Origin: a virus
Taxonomy: Duplodnaviria; Caudoviricetes
DNA length: 64,000 bases
IMG/VR virus record: IMGVR_UViG_3300013105_000843
Coordinates: 32,001-96,000 of that record
Direction: 5' to 3' (one strand)
Of the stretch, positions 8,522 to 18,013 are shown piece after piece (positions within the stretch are counted from its first letter, which is position 1; each line of letters begins with the position of its first letter). The notes under the pieces were generated by a model. It made no database searches. It was not told the origin of the DNA and saw only the letters and a list, made by a program, of their open reading frames with translations. The position numbers and the translations under genes were made by a program.

Positions 8522-10810
8522 TCACCGTATAGCCGCGGGCTCGACTCCCTGGCCGCCCGTCACGTACTGCGGAACCACGAGCGGCGCACCGGCCTTCGGC
8601 GCCCACTCGGCCGGCTTCGCGCAGGCAGCAACGCTGGTCGCCGGCGTGAACGGCTTGAGCACTGTGTAGAGGTCGTTCGGTTGTTGGCCGAGCCCGTTCG
8701 TGAGCATCGACAGGCGCAGGCGCATCGACGTCGTTTCAATGACCGGATGGTCGAGCGTCGAGAGCGGTTCGCGGCCCGTCGGCAGCAGCGGGCCCGGCGT
8801 GGTCCAGCCGCTGCAGCTCACTGCGCGCAGCAGGCTGATATCGTCGGCCAGCAGCTTCTGGTCGGCGGCGCGCGTGACCAGCCGGCCGAGGTCGATGGTC
8901 GCGCCCGGCCGCAGCTCGCGGTCCGAGGCCAGGATGATGGGATAGGGACTCGGTGCGATGTACAGGTGCGCGAAGTGCCGGGCCACCGGCGCGAGGAACG
9001 TGCGGACCTGCTCCTGGCTCGCACCTTCGTTTTCGTCGACGTACAGCTGCAGGATGCCGCCCGGCTTCAGGCAGCGCTTCGCCGCGCTGACGAACTCGTC
9101 GGTGTACAGCTTGTACGCGTTGAACATCATCGCGTAGGTCGACGTGTTGAAGATGAAGTCGTAGCTGCCCGGTGCGCAGTGGCGCACGAAATCGAGCGCG
9201 TCGTCGCGATGAATCGTCGCGTCGGGGCGCGCGCCGACCCGATGGTTGTACGCGGCCATCGTCGGCAGCGCCTGCAGCACGGCCGGCGAAATCTCGACAA
9301 CATCGGTGTGGGCGGAAATGAGGCTGGCGCCGAGCGCGGATTGCCCGGACCCCAGGCCAATCACCAGGCTGCGCGCCAGCGGCGCATCGACCACCTTGGC
9401 CGGAAAGAGCGCCACGGCCGTCTCGCGTTCCGTGTTGAGGAAATGGCTCAGGTGGCCGTCGACGAAGTAGACCCGGTCGAGCGGCACGTTGAGCACGCTC
9501 GCCGGAATCTGCGTGGTGCGCGCCGAGATGAAGCCAGCGGTGCTGCCGAGCACGGTCGACAGCGTCGCGCCCGTCATCCGGAGGGCCGGCAGTTCCTTGA
9601 ACGCGTAGGCCGTTGCTACCGGCTGGAAACCGACACTCACCCCCATGGCCAAGCCGACCGCGGAGGCCACCAGCCAGGTGCCCAGCGCGAGCGGACGCCG
9701 CGGCTGCGTGACCGCGAGCAGGACCAGGACGAGCAGCGCTCCCGCTGCAAGCGCGGGCCAGACTGTCAGGAGCTGCGCGCCGCATGCAATCGCGGCCACG
9801 CCGCCGGCGACGTTGCCGAGCGCCGACACCAGCAGCAGCCGGCTGACGGACACGTCCCGCGCCTCCTTCATGGCGGCCGACAGGCAGCTGAAGAGCGCAG
9901 CGGACACCATCACGGGAAGGCTGAGCAACAGGGCCAGCATCAGCGCATAGGCCTCGAGCTGGATGAACCCGGAATGCAGCAGCCACGCCGGCGCTTCCCG
10001 GTAGCAGAGGAGCCCGGCGGCGAGCCAGACCCCTACCAGCGCGCTGAGCGCGGCCGGCGAGGTTCGCCGGCCCAGGGCCACGAGGCCGCCCAGTGCGAGA
10101 GCGAGCAACACCGCGCCGTTATACAGCCCGTTGTGCATGCGGGCGGGCAGCACGATGTACTGGTAGCCCTTTAGTCCCCAGCCGATAGCGAGGTAACTGG
10201 CGATGCTGGCCAGGAAGACGGCGATGACGGCCGTGCGATGCGCACGCAGCCAGGCTCCCCACGACGGCGCGGGCTGCGTCGCCGCGTCGGTTGCCGGCGC
10301 GCGACGGAGCGCCCTCGCGACCAGCACCCCCAACCCGGTCTGGATGGTGCCCAGCGTGAGCAACACACCCGACAGCGTCGCGAACGGCAACACGAACCAT
10401 TCGAGCGCAATCACGCCGAGCGCCGCACCGAGGTGGTAGACGCCGTAGGTCAGGCCGACATGCCGACGCACGAAGTGCGCATAGAGCGGCAGGTGCACGC
10501 CGAGCGCGAGCGCGGGCGGCGCGAGCAGCGCGACGGCGGCCCAGGTCGGGAGCGTGAGCTGGGCGAGCAAGCCGAGCCGGATGCCGACGCCCAGAGCGAC
10601 GGCATAGAGCCCGGCGCCGACCTCGACGAGTGGCAGCGCGCGCCTCAGCCGGGGCGCGACGAGATTGCCGAGCGCCGAGAAGACGATGAACGAAAGCGTG
10701 GTCAGGTAGTACGTCAGGTAATAGTCGCCGTTGGCAGCGCTGACGACGCGCATGAATACGGCCTGGCTGGCCAGGCAGGCCAGCCCACTGAGCAAGGCGA
10801 AAGGGAGCAT
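8522..10810 (-). CDS. multi-pass membrane protein fused to a spermidine synthase-like SAM-binding domain
   Basis: About 12 TM helices, then LVIGLGSGQSA, DVVEISPAV, DDALDFV, SYDFIF and LYTDEF...LKPGGIL. Confidence 0.85.
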   Translation of the reverse strand: MLPFALLSGLACLASQAVFMRVVSAANGDYYLTYYLTTLSFIVFSALGNLVAPRLRRALPLVEVGAGLYAVALGVGIRLGLLAQLTLPTWAAVALLAPPALALGVHLPLYAHFVRRHVGLTYGVYHLGAALGVIALEWFVLPFATLSGVLLTLGTIQTGLGVLVARALRRAPATDAATQPAPSWGAWLRAHRTAVIAVFLASIASYLAIGWGLKGYQYIVLPARMHNGLYNGAVLLALALGGLVALGRRTSPAALSALVGVWLAAGLLCYREAPAWLLHSGFIQLEAYALMLALLLSLPVMVSAALFSCLSAAMKEARDVSVSRLLLVSALGNVAGGVAAIACGAQLLTVWPALAAGALLVLVLLAVTQPRRPLALGTWLVASAVGLAMGVSVGFQPVATAYAFKELPALRMTGATLSTVLGSTAGFISARTTQIPASVLNVPLDRVYFVDGHLSHFLNTERETAVALFPAKVVDAPLARSLVIGLGSGQSALGASLISAHTDVVEISPAVLQALPTMAAYNHRVGARPDATIHRDDALDFVRHCAPGSYDFIFNTSTYAMMFNAYKLYTDEFVSAAKRCLKPGGILQLYVDENEGASQEQVRTFLAPVARHFAHLYIAPSPYPIILASDRELRPGATIDLGRLVTRAADQKLLADDISLLRAVSCSGWTTPGPLLPTGREPLSTLDHPVIETTSMRLRLSMLTNGLGQQPNDLYTVLKPFTPATSVAACAKPAEWAPKAGAPLVVPQYVTGGQGVEPAAIR

Positions 10811-10923
10811 CAGGAACCCCAGGGTGCGGAACGCGAATAGTATGCCTTATAATGCGTGAAATGCCAACTCCAATGAAAATGGCCGCTCGGTGAGGAGCGG
10901 CCATGGGAGTCAACAGAACGGCA

Positions 10924-11604
10924 TCAGTACAGGTAGCCGTTGAACGTCTCTTCGATGCTGACCTTGTGCTTTTTCGCGTACTTCACGGCCTCGGCGACGT
11001 CGTCGAACGAAGGCCCCGGGGCGGACATCGCCCGGTCGTTCTCCGCCGAGCTGCGCGTCACGTGCAGCGTGCCGCCCTTGAAGTGCCCTTCGACGCCATG
11101 CTCTTTGGCCAGGTCGAGGACGGCCGGCGGGACCGGTTCGGCGTAGCTCGCTTCCGCTGAGCCATAGTCGGCCTGCACCCAGTCCCATACCGACTGCGAC
11201 ACCAGCTTCACGACCGTATCTCCGCCACCCGACAGCACGAGCAGGTACTGCTTGCCCTGGGTGGTGGATTTCGGCCGGGCCACGACATCGAAGCCGAGCT
11301 TGTCCGCCCATTCGCGCAGCATGCGCTCCTGCAGGGCCGGCTCCGTGTGGCGCCAGCCGTAGGTCTGCAGATGCGACACGCCGAGGTTGCCGCCGATAGT
11401 CACGAGCGAGGTGCTGTCGGCGTGATGCACTTCGACCACGTGCGCTGCATTGGCATGACCACCCGAGCCGACGTCCAGCCGGTCCGGACGGTGCGTCATC
11501 ATCAAGCGAATGGCATCGGCGAGGCTCTTGCCGAACGTCGGGTCCTTCTCCAGCCGGTCGAGCGCGTCGACCATCACCACGACAGTAGCGTTGTAGCCCA
11601 TCAA
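10924..11604 (-). CDS. hypothetical protein
   Basis: 226-aa ORF with AAGGAG RBS; terminator at about 10878-10903. Confidence 0.7.
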   Translation of the reverse strand: MMGYNATVVVMVDALDRLEKDPTFGKSLADAIRLMMTHRPDRLDVGSGGHANAAHVVEVHHADSTSLVTIGGNLGVSHLQTYGWRHTEPALQERMLREWADKLGFDVVARPKSTTQGKQYLLVLSGGGDTVVKLVSQSVWDWVQADYGSAEASYAEPVPPAVLDLAKEHGVEGHFKGGTLHVTRSSAENDRAMSAPGPSFDDVAEAVKYAKKHKVSIEETFNGYLY

Positions 11605-11613
11605 TTTTCTCCT

Positions 11614-11862
11614 TTATGCGGCGTCGACGATGTCGAAGCACCAGTTATCGATGAGGTAGGCGTCGATATCCGGGTTGTCCACCGACACGGCAAACGTCAG
11701 CTCCGGCGCCGTCAGCGATTCGCTGTCGACCTCCGTCACCGTCATGCGCAGCGTCTTCATGTGAGCCAACTCGTGGCAGGTGCCATACACCTGCCGCAGA
11801 CCGTGGTCGTTCAGCACGACCGTGTCGCCGACCTTCGGAACAGGATGAGAAAATATCTTCAC
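11614..11862 (-). CDS. hypothetical protein
   Basis: 82-aa ORF with GGAGG RBS. Confidence 0.6.
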   Translation of the reverse strand: MKIFSHPVPKVGDTVVLNDHGLRQVYGTCHELAHMKTLRMTVTEVDSESLTAPELTFAVSVDNPDIDAYLIDNWCFDIVDAA

Positions 11863-11874
11863 GCTGTCCTCCGG

Positions 11875-12159
11875 TCAGGCCACGACGGCTTCGACTTCCA
11901 CCTCGTACGTGATGCCCGCCATCAGCGGTTCATCGGCACGAAGCTCCGCCCAGACATGCGGCGGCGCGTCGAGCGCCACCACCTGGCCGCGGGAGTTCAT
12001 CAGCCCCGCTTCCATCCACTGCTGCGGAAACTTGCTGTAGTGGTCACGCACGCTGCGCGCCTCGTCAGCGATTTCCTTGAGCGACGCGTTGCAGGCGACG
12101 ATGCGGCACTGACCGGCGATGTCGGTGAGTGCCGGCACGATGTAGAAGGTCACTTTCAT
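11875..12159 (-). CDS. hypothetical protein
   Basis: Start at MKVTFY, overlapping the upstream stop. Confidence 0.6.
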   Translation of the reverse strand: MKVTFYIVPALTDIAGQCRIVACNASLKEIADEARSVRDHYSKFPQQWMEAGLMNSRGQVVALDAPPHVWAELRADEPLMAGITYEVEVEAVVA

Positions 12160-12653
12160 GCTGACGCTCCCTTCGTATCCGCAACCGGCACCGTCCAGCC
12201 AGGCAGCACCTGTTCGATGGCCCGGGCATAGTTCGCCAGGTCCGCCGGGTCGCTCGAGGCATCGCCCATGAAACTGTAGGCAAGGTCCCCCAGTTTTTGC
12301 ATTCCGGTGGCCTGCAGGTCGCCGCTGCGCTCGTGCATGGCATCCACCAGCACCTTGCCCAGCTCTTCGGTGACCTCGTACTGGAACACCCCAGGGAACC
12401 CCTCTTCGCACGCGGCGCCCAGGGCAAGCTCCACTTCCGCGACCTTCACGGCCAGTGGCGCCAGCTCGATGAGCCCGTCGAGAAAGCCTGCTCCCGACTG
12501 CTCCTGCACCAGGGTCACAAACGTTCCGGTGTCACCCATCTGGGCATGCATGCCGAACAGCAAGCTCATCGCATTGACGGCAACCCACATCTCACGTTCG
12601 GCGGCGGCCTTCAACTCGCGCGCCACCTTGCATTCTTGTTTGCACATATCCAA
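12156..12653 (-). CDS. hypothetical protein
   Basis: 165-aa ORF with GGAG RBS. Confidence 0.6.
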   Translation of the reverse strand: MDMCKQECKVARELKAAAEREMWVAVNAMSLLFGMHAQMGDTGTFVTLVQEQSGAGFLDGLIELAPLAVKVAEVELALGAACEEGFPGVFQYEVTEELGKVLVDAMHERSGDLQATGMQKLGDLAYSFMGDASSDPADLANYARAIEQVLPGWTVPVADTKGASA

Positions 12654-12676
12654 TCTCCGTATGGGGTTCAGCGAGG

Positions 12677-13105
12677 TCAGGCGGTGACGCCAGCCAGCTG
12701 CGCGAGCTGTGTGTGGTTCAAGTGAAAGACATCGGGGTTGACCGGGTCGACGTTCGCGAGCGCCAGCTCTTCTTCAGCCGCGGCAAGCCGCGCCTTCAGT
12801 ATCGAAATCTGACGTTGCCGGCGGGCCTTGAAGGACTCGAGGGCCTGCTCCAGCGTCTCGTGAGCAAAGCGCTTGCGCGACGTGTCGAGTACGAATTTGC
12901 GTTCGCCTTCAGCGCGAATCCACTTGCCACACCGGGTCACCTTCAGGATGGGATACTCGTACGCGTACAGCTGCGAGTAGCTCGTGCCGTAAGGGTCCCC
13001 GTCCTCGTCGAAACTGCCGACGCGACGCGACTCGACGCGAACCATCGTACCCAGTCCCTGGTCCTGCGAAAAACCAGCCACTCTGATGATGTTGGGATAC
13101 TTCAT
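12677..13105 (-). CDS. hypothetical protein
   Basis: Start at MKYPN with GAGGAG RBS. Confidence 0.65.
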   Translation of the reverse strand: MKYPNIIRVAGFSQDQGLGTMVRVESRRVGSFDEDGDPYGTSYSQLYAYEYPILKVTRCGKWIRAEGERKFVLDTSRKRFAHETLEQALESFKARRQRQISILKARLAAAEEELALANVDPVNPDVFHLNHTQLAQLAGVTA

Positions 13106-13174
13106 CGTTATCTCCTCGGCACAAAAAACAGGGTGAAGCACGCTTCACCCTGTCCTGAGTGCACTGTTTCTGGA

Positions 13175-13996
13175 TTAGCAGTAGCCGGCGTTGAGCAGCT
13201 TGTCGGCCGCCGAGAAAGCGCGGTTGGCGAGCCGGTCCGGGATGCGCGGCTTCCTGCCGTCATCGTCGTCCAGTGCCAGCTGCACCCGCATGCGGCCTTC
13301 CTCGAGGCCCGGAATGCCCAGCGTTGCCGCGCACAGGTACGCGGCCGTCTCGGCTTCCAGGTCGCGCAGGTCGGCTTCCTGCGGCACGCTCTTGCCCGGT
13401 TCATCCGCGGTATGGCCCAGGATGATGCGGGCCATCTCGCGCAGCCGGCCATAGACCGGATGCGCATCGAGCGGCGAGACCGCAATCGCATTGCCGCCGG
13501 CCCAGCCCAGACGCTTCGTGTCCGTGACGCTCGCGAACTCGAACGCACGTTCCTGGATTTCGAGGAAGTCCAGCGCGGCCTTCACGCTCCACTCCTTGCC
13601 ATCCGGTTCCGGCGGCTGATACTCCGCGCCGGCCGTCTGCCCGAGGTGGAACCAGTAGCTGCGCAGCATGAAGCGCGTGAAGCGCTTGTGCTCGACCTCC
13701 TCGCCGGTTTTCTCGTCCTTCTTCTTCGCTTTGACGGGCACCGGCATGACCAGCGCGATGCTCGCCTTCTCCCCTTTCTGGACCGGCCGCTCGACACCCA
13801 GCCAACCCTTGAAGGTGTTGATGGGCATCAGCGGCAGTCCGCGGGCACGCAGCTGCGTGCTCGCCAGCCAGCGGTTGGTCAGGCTGTACTGATGGAAAAA
13901 GCGGTACGCGGCCGCCAGCTGGCCGGGCTCGCGCACGGCCTCTTCCAGCAGCTCGTACCAGTCGGGGCTGTCTTGACGTGCGACGGTTGCTTCCAT
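13175..13996 (-). CDS. ArdC-like ssDNA-binding / antirestriction protein
   Basis: YSLTNRWL..QL..RG....NTFKGW...R.VQKGEKA N-terminal domain; C-terminal zincin-like region with EAETAAYL. Confidence 0.75.
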   Translation of the reverse strand: MEATVARQDSPDWYELLEEAVREPGQLAAAYRFFHQYSLTNRWLASTQLRARGLPLMPINTFKGWLGVERPVQKGEKASIALVMPVPVKAKKKDEKTGEEVEHKRFTRFMLRSYWFHLGQTAGAEYQPPEPDGKEWSVKAALDFLEIQERAFEFASVTDTKRLGWAGGNAIAVSPLDAHPVYGRLREMARIILGHTADEPGKSVPQEADLRDLEAETAAYLCAATLGIPGLEEGRMRVQLALDDDDGRKPRIPDRLANRAFSAADKLLNAGYC

Positions 13997-14138
13997 GGTG
14001 TTTTCCTCCGGTTTTGAGTGCGCGCAGGCTTGTTGCATGACAAACGCGCATTTAACGATATATGTGACCTGCAGCGGAGTATAGGCGTGGAGACGGGTTG
14101 AGAAATCGGATAGACTGCCGGCCGGAGAGGAGGATGGA

Positions 14139-14618
14139 ATGGAAGGGAAACTGTGGTTCAGCCGGCTGGAACTGACGCGCCCGAGCCTGGGGCGTCCGAT
14201 GCAGTTCAACGTGACGCTAACGGGCGGCCCGACCGGCCGGCCGGGCGTCTCCGCGCTGATACTGCGCACGCCCGGGCAGCCGGGGCTCGGCTGGTGCCTG
14301 CTGGCGGACCACCCGGAAAACGACGGGGTGTCGGTGACGAACGGCGCGATGGACTATGCCGACGCGGTATGCCGCGCGCTCGAGTGCTCGCGGATGGACC
14401 TCGCCTGGTTCGAGATGGACTCGATGGGGTGCATCGACGAACTGCATCTGCTCGGTGACGAGGCACGGTTCGCGCCGGTGCACGAGCCGGACTCCAAGCC
14501 GCGGACGCTGGTCGCCTTCCTGCGGCGCGCCGAGCGGGTACTCGGCCCCCTGCCGGCGGAGTTCACGGTGGCCGTCAACGCGTGCGCGCTGCGCTTTGGC
14601 TGGCGGAATCGCGATTGA
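14139..14618 (+). CDS. hypothetical protein
   Basis: 159-aa ORF with GAGGAGG RBS; contains a G.SVTN motif. Confidence 0.65.
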   Translation: MEGKLWFSRLELTRPSLGRPMQFNVTLTGGPTGRPGVSALILRTPGQPGLGWCLLADHPENDGVSVTNGAMDYADAVCRALECSRMDLAWFEMDSMGCIDELHLLGDEARFAPVHEPDSKPRTLVAFLRRAERVLGPLPAEFTVAVNACALRFGWRNRD

Positions 14619-14683
14619 GCGGCGGCGCCACGTGAAAAAGCCCCTGAGCGATGCTCAGGGGCCTGAAGATGGGGTGTGAGTGG

Positions 14684-14788
14684 TCAGCTTTCGTCGGTTT
14701 CCGACGGCTCGAAGCTGATGGGCTCGCCGTCGTTACCGTTTTTCGCTTGCTGCTCCAGGTAGTCTTCCACGTCGAAGTAACCTTCCAT
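14684..14788 (-). CDS. 34-aa acidic peptide
   Basis: GAGGA RBS, MEGYFDVEDYLEQQ...; terminator hairpin at 14635-14661. Confidence 0.5.
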   Translation of the reverse strand: MEGYFDVEDYLEQQAKNGNDGEPISFEPSETDES

Positions 14789-14885
14789 GATGTTGTCCTC
14801 GTATGAATGTTCACGGCGAGGAGTCGCCGCACCCTCGTATAGCGTGCGATTCGAGCATGACGTGCAATCATTTTCTGCGTAGACG

Positions 14886-14963
14886 AAAAAAAGCCCGGGA
14901 GCTTCGCTCACCGGGCAAAATCCCTATCCCTTTCAGTCCGATGAAGATGCTGTCTCCACCGGC
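14886..14963 (-). ncRNA. candidate sRNA B
   Basis: TATACT at 14969-14974; ends in a GCCCGG..CCGGGC hairpin plus U7; no convincing ORF. Confidence 0.4.
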
Positions 14964-15016
14964 AGATGAGTATAGTGTCGCTGACGGCCATGATTGCCGG
15001 TTTCTGGACGGACAAC

Positions 15017-15157
15017 AAAAAAAGCCCGGCAGTGCATGCACTGACCGGGCAAAGTCTCTCGGAGGATTTTCATCCCCACCGGACTGGCCCTTGCGGGCCG
15101 CGGAGGAAACAACACAAAACTCGTTGCAGCTGCGATTCAATTTCTGCCATCCATGTG
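15017..15157 (-). ncRNA. candidate sRNA A
   Basis: TTGACA-17 nt-TAATGT at 15162-15190; ends in a GCCCGG..CCGGGC hairpin plus U7. Confidence 0.45.
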
Positions 15158-15298
15158 AAGCACATTACCGAGATAATGCTTTGATGTCAAGTTAATATTC
15201 ACAAAGTTAACTTAACTGTCATTCTGACGTTTACACGCAACACCCGCATGTAAAACGCCCACCATGCAGGTGGGCGTCAAAGAGACATCGTGCGTTGC

Positions 15299-15997
15299 TC
15301 AGGCGGCCGTGCGAGCCCGCTCGAGCAGCTGGTCGACCTGCCGGTAGAGTCCAGCAAAGTCGCCCTCGCGATTGATGAGCGTAGCGTCGACCTGCGTGTG
15401 GAGCAGCGCGATTTCCGACACATGTTCCCCGCCCGTGTACGCGACCTCGGTGCCCGGGCGAACGATGCGCACGAGCATTGCGCCCATCTCTGCCAGCGCA
15501 ACCGGCTCATTCGGCATGCGGACGTCGGTTACCAGGAAGTCGTCGAGACCGCTGACCTTTTCACAGCCCTGCCGGGTCCAGTAGTCGTCGCCGTACCGCT
15601 TGCGACGATACTCGGTGCCCCAGAGCTGGGTCACCCAGCGCGGCGAGCGCGGTGCGTCCATTGCCGCCTGCAGCTCGTCCGCAGCTACGAGCAGGGTGCC
15701 ACCCGCCCCCACTGCGCCGAGATGCATGAGCGCGACCTCCACGAACTCCTGGTCCTGGCAGTGTTTCAGCGCCAGGTAGTCCTGCTGCGTCTCTTTCAGC
15801 TCACGCTGCTCGAGACGGGCCACCGTGGTGCCGTAGGCTTTCGCCACCTCCTGCTTCAGGCTGTCCGCGAAAGCCACCCGCGTGAAGCCCTTGAGCGCCA
15901 GATAGTCCGCCACCGTATCCTTGCCCTGCGCGAGCGTCGGATAACGCATGCCGGACGGCAGGCCATCGAGGCCGCCACCAATCAGGCCGATAATCAT
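15299..15997 (-). CDS. phage-type deoxynucleoside monophosphate kinase
   Basis: MIIGL...GKDT.A, AFAD.LK, PR...Q.WGTE.RR, DYW, TDVR.PNE and H.SE motifs (T4 gp1-like). Confidence 0.85.
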   Translation of the reverse strand: MIIGLIGGGLDGLPSGMRYPTLAQGKDTVADYLALKGFTRVAFADSLKQEVAKAYGTTVARLEQRELKETQQDYLALKHCQDQEFVEVALMHLGAVGAGGTLLVAADELQAAMDAPRSPRWVTQLWGTEYRRKRYGDDYWTRQGCEKVSGLDDFLVTDVRMPNEPVALAEMGAMLVRIVRPGTEVAYTGGEHVSEIALLHTQVDATLINREGDFAGLYRQVDQLLERARTAA

Positions 15998-16010
15998 CAG
16001 GTATCTCCTT

Positions 16011-17369
16011 TCAGAAAAGGCTGGGCTGCACCGCCGGGGGCAGCGACCACGCGCGGCCGTCGGCCAGTGCTGCGAGCACGTCGCCATGGCAGAGCGCATG
16101 AGGGTTTTCTTTCGTCTTGCACCAGCAGCCGAGCCGCTTGCCCTTGAGCAGATGCACCTTGCCCAGCAACGCCTCGTTGCTTTGCGCATAGTCGGCGAAC
16201 TTCTGGACCACCTCCTCGCGCGTGCCGTCTTCCCCGATACGGAAGGGATTGGCGAACTCCGACTGCTTGAACGCACTGCCATCACCCATCTGCCGGCCGA
16301 TGTAGACGTCATACGGCTCCTCGCGTACATGCACCACGCGCGTCTCCGAGAACGACACATCCGCACCGGTGAGTGGCACCGTCCGCTTGCGCGGACCGAG
16401 CCACGGCTGCCAGGGTTCCGGGAACGAACAGTTGCTCGGCGCCTTCACGAAGAGCGGCGCGACCTGCTCGTCCTGGTAGCCCGCCAGGCCGCACCCGACG
16501 CGCGTGACAAAGAACCGCTCAGCCTCGTGCGCTTTCGCGTACGCGATGAACTTGTCGACGTACTGGCGGATGCTCTCGAGCGACAGGGTCTGTTCGGGGT
16601 CGTTGAACGATGGCCGTTCGTTGCCCGTAAGGGGCCGGCCGTCTTTCGTCGGAATGCCGAAACTCTGACCCTGTAGCCCAGCTCCCACGCCGGCCTGCGC
16701 GCCGAACTGCTCCTTTGCTACCGCAGCAGCTCCTTTGCCATGCCGTCCCGCGAGATTCGAGCCGAAGACGAACACTTCGCCGTTGCACGGCAGCGTGTTG
16801 TCCGGATGGAACTCTCGGTCCTCGGCCAGCACGTGCGCGACAAAGCGGTCGTAGCCGTCCGGCTTGGCCAGGTTGAACACAGGGATGCCCCAGCGGTCCG
16901 CCAGCACAATCGCGGTGGCCGTGCCGCCCGTGTCGCGGGTGCGCTGCGCTTCCGACTCGCAACCATCGCGGGTCCAGCACAGCACGAACGACACTGGCGT
17001 GGCGATATCCTCACCGAGCACCTGTCCTACATTGCGCGCGTGGAGACTGCGCGGGCCGCGCGTGAGGCGCTCCCACGCGGGATGAACCATCTCGGCCATC
17101 TCGTAGTGCGTTTCGCTGGGATACAGTTTCGTATCCGGATGGTCGTTGAAGCCCGGCCACGGCAGCCAGATTTCCTTGATGCCGCGGACTGCGATGCAAC
17201 CTTCCTCGAACGCCGTGTCCGCGCCGGGAGCCGCGCCGGAGCGCAGCACATAACCACGCGCGGCGAGCCTGCCCGCGAGCTTTTTCATCAGCTCCAGCAC
17301 ATGGTCGGGCGTCTCGCGCGAGCCCACGCCGGCATAGAATCGATTTGCAATACCAGTTACAGGTTTCAT
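16011..17369 (-). CDS. three-domain fusion: SLOG/DprA-like, macro-like phage domain, DUF4326
   Basis: YAGVGSRETP..LRSGAA.GAD.AFE; VFVFGSNLAGRHG.GAA..F.VT.VGCGLAG; DVYIGR..ANPF..LGCWC..CHGDVL. Confidence 0.75.
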   Translation of the reverse strand: MKPVTGIANRFYAGVGSRETPDHVLELMKKLAGRLAARGYVLRSGAAPGADTAFEEGCIAVRGIKEIWLPWPGFNDHPDTKLYPSETHYEMAEMVHPAWERLTRGPRSLHARNVGQVLGEDIATPVSFVLCWTRDGCESEAQRTRDTGGTATAIVLADRWGIPVFNLAKPDGYDRFVAHVLAEDREFHPDNTLPCNGEVFVFGSNLAGRHGKGAAAVAKEQFGAQAGVGAGLQGQSFGIPTKDGRPLTGNERPSFNDPEQTLSLESIRQYVDKFIAYAKAHEAERFFVTRVGCGLAGYQDEQVAPLFVKAPSNCSFPEPWQPWLGPRKRTVPLTGADVSFSETRVVHVREEPYDVYIGRQMGDGSAFKQSEFANPFRIGEDGTREEVVQKFADYAQSNEALLGKVHLLKGKRLGCWCKTKENPHALCHGDVLAALADGRAWSLPPAVQPSLF

Positions 17370-17541
17370 GGGGACCTCTCTTCGTAATTGACCTGGTGTC
17401 GTATAGGTCTAAAACGAGTGCGAGAAGGTAGTAGCGAGGCTTCGTTGAGTCGCTATAATATACCACGTAACGCGTAATACGCAACGTCAGAATGTTGCGC
17501 CCTCCAAGGCGCAGGTTCCCCATCACGTTCAGGAGCGTCGA

Positions 17542-17961
17542 ATGGTAGCGGTTGTCGTGCCCCGTCAGCATGAAGAAAAGCCTGTCTTTGTCAGCGTGCC
17601 GCGCAGTGTGGCCCTACCCCTTGCAGTGCGTGCGGCCGCGCGTCTCGAGCGCGAGCTGGCGTCGACCGAGCAGGACATGGTGGACAAAGAGCTGGCCCGG
17701 AGGGAAAGGTGGAACCGGCGCTGGTGGGTGCGGCTGCTGCCGTTTCTGAAGGCTGACACGTCGCGCGCCGCCATCGACGTCTGGGACACCGGTGGCGGCG
17801 ATGTTCTGGCACGGCTCGACGAAGTGTTCCTGCTCTCTTGGCTGGAGTCCCAGGCCAGGGAAGCGCGTCGTGTCGCCGCCGCTGCGCGAGGCGCTACGGC
17901 GGCGAACATTAGCGTCGAGCAACGAGTGCTGGACGTCATCGAGCGGTGGGCGGCGAAGTGA
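17542..17961 (+). CDS. hypothetical protein
   Basis: 139-aa ORF with AGGAG RBS. Confidence 0.55.
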   Translation: MVAVVVPRQHEEKPVFVSVPRSVALPLAVRAAARLERELASTEQDMVDKELARRERWNRRWWVRLLPFLKADTSRAAIDVWDTGGGDVLARLDEVFLLSWLESQAREARRVAAAARGATAANISVEQRVLDVIERWAAK

Positions 17962-18013
17962 CCCGCAGCGCTTCCCCGTCTGAGCGTGTCTGGACTCCGA
18001 TGAACCCCCCCGG

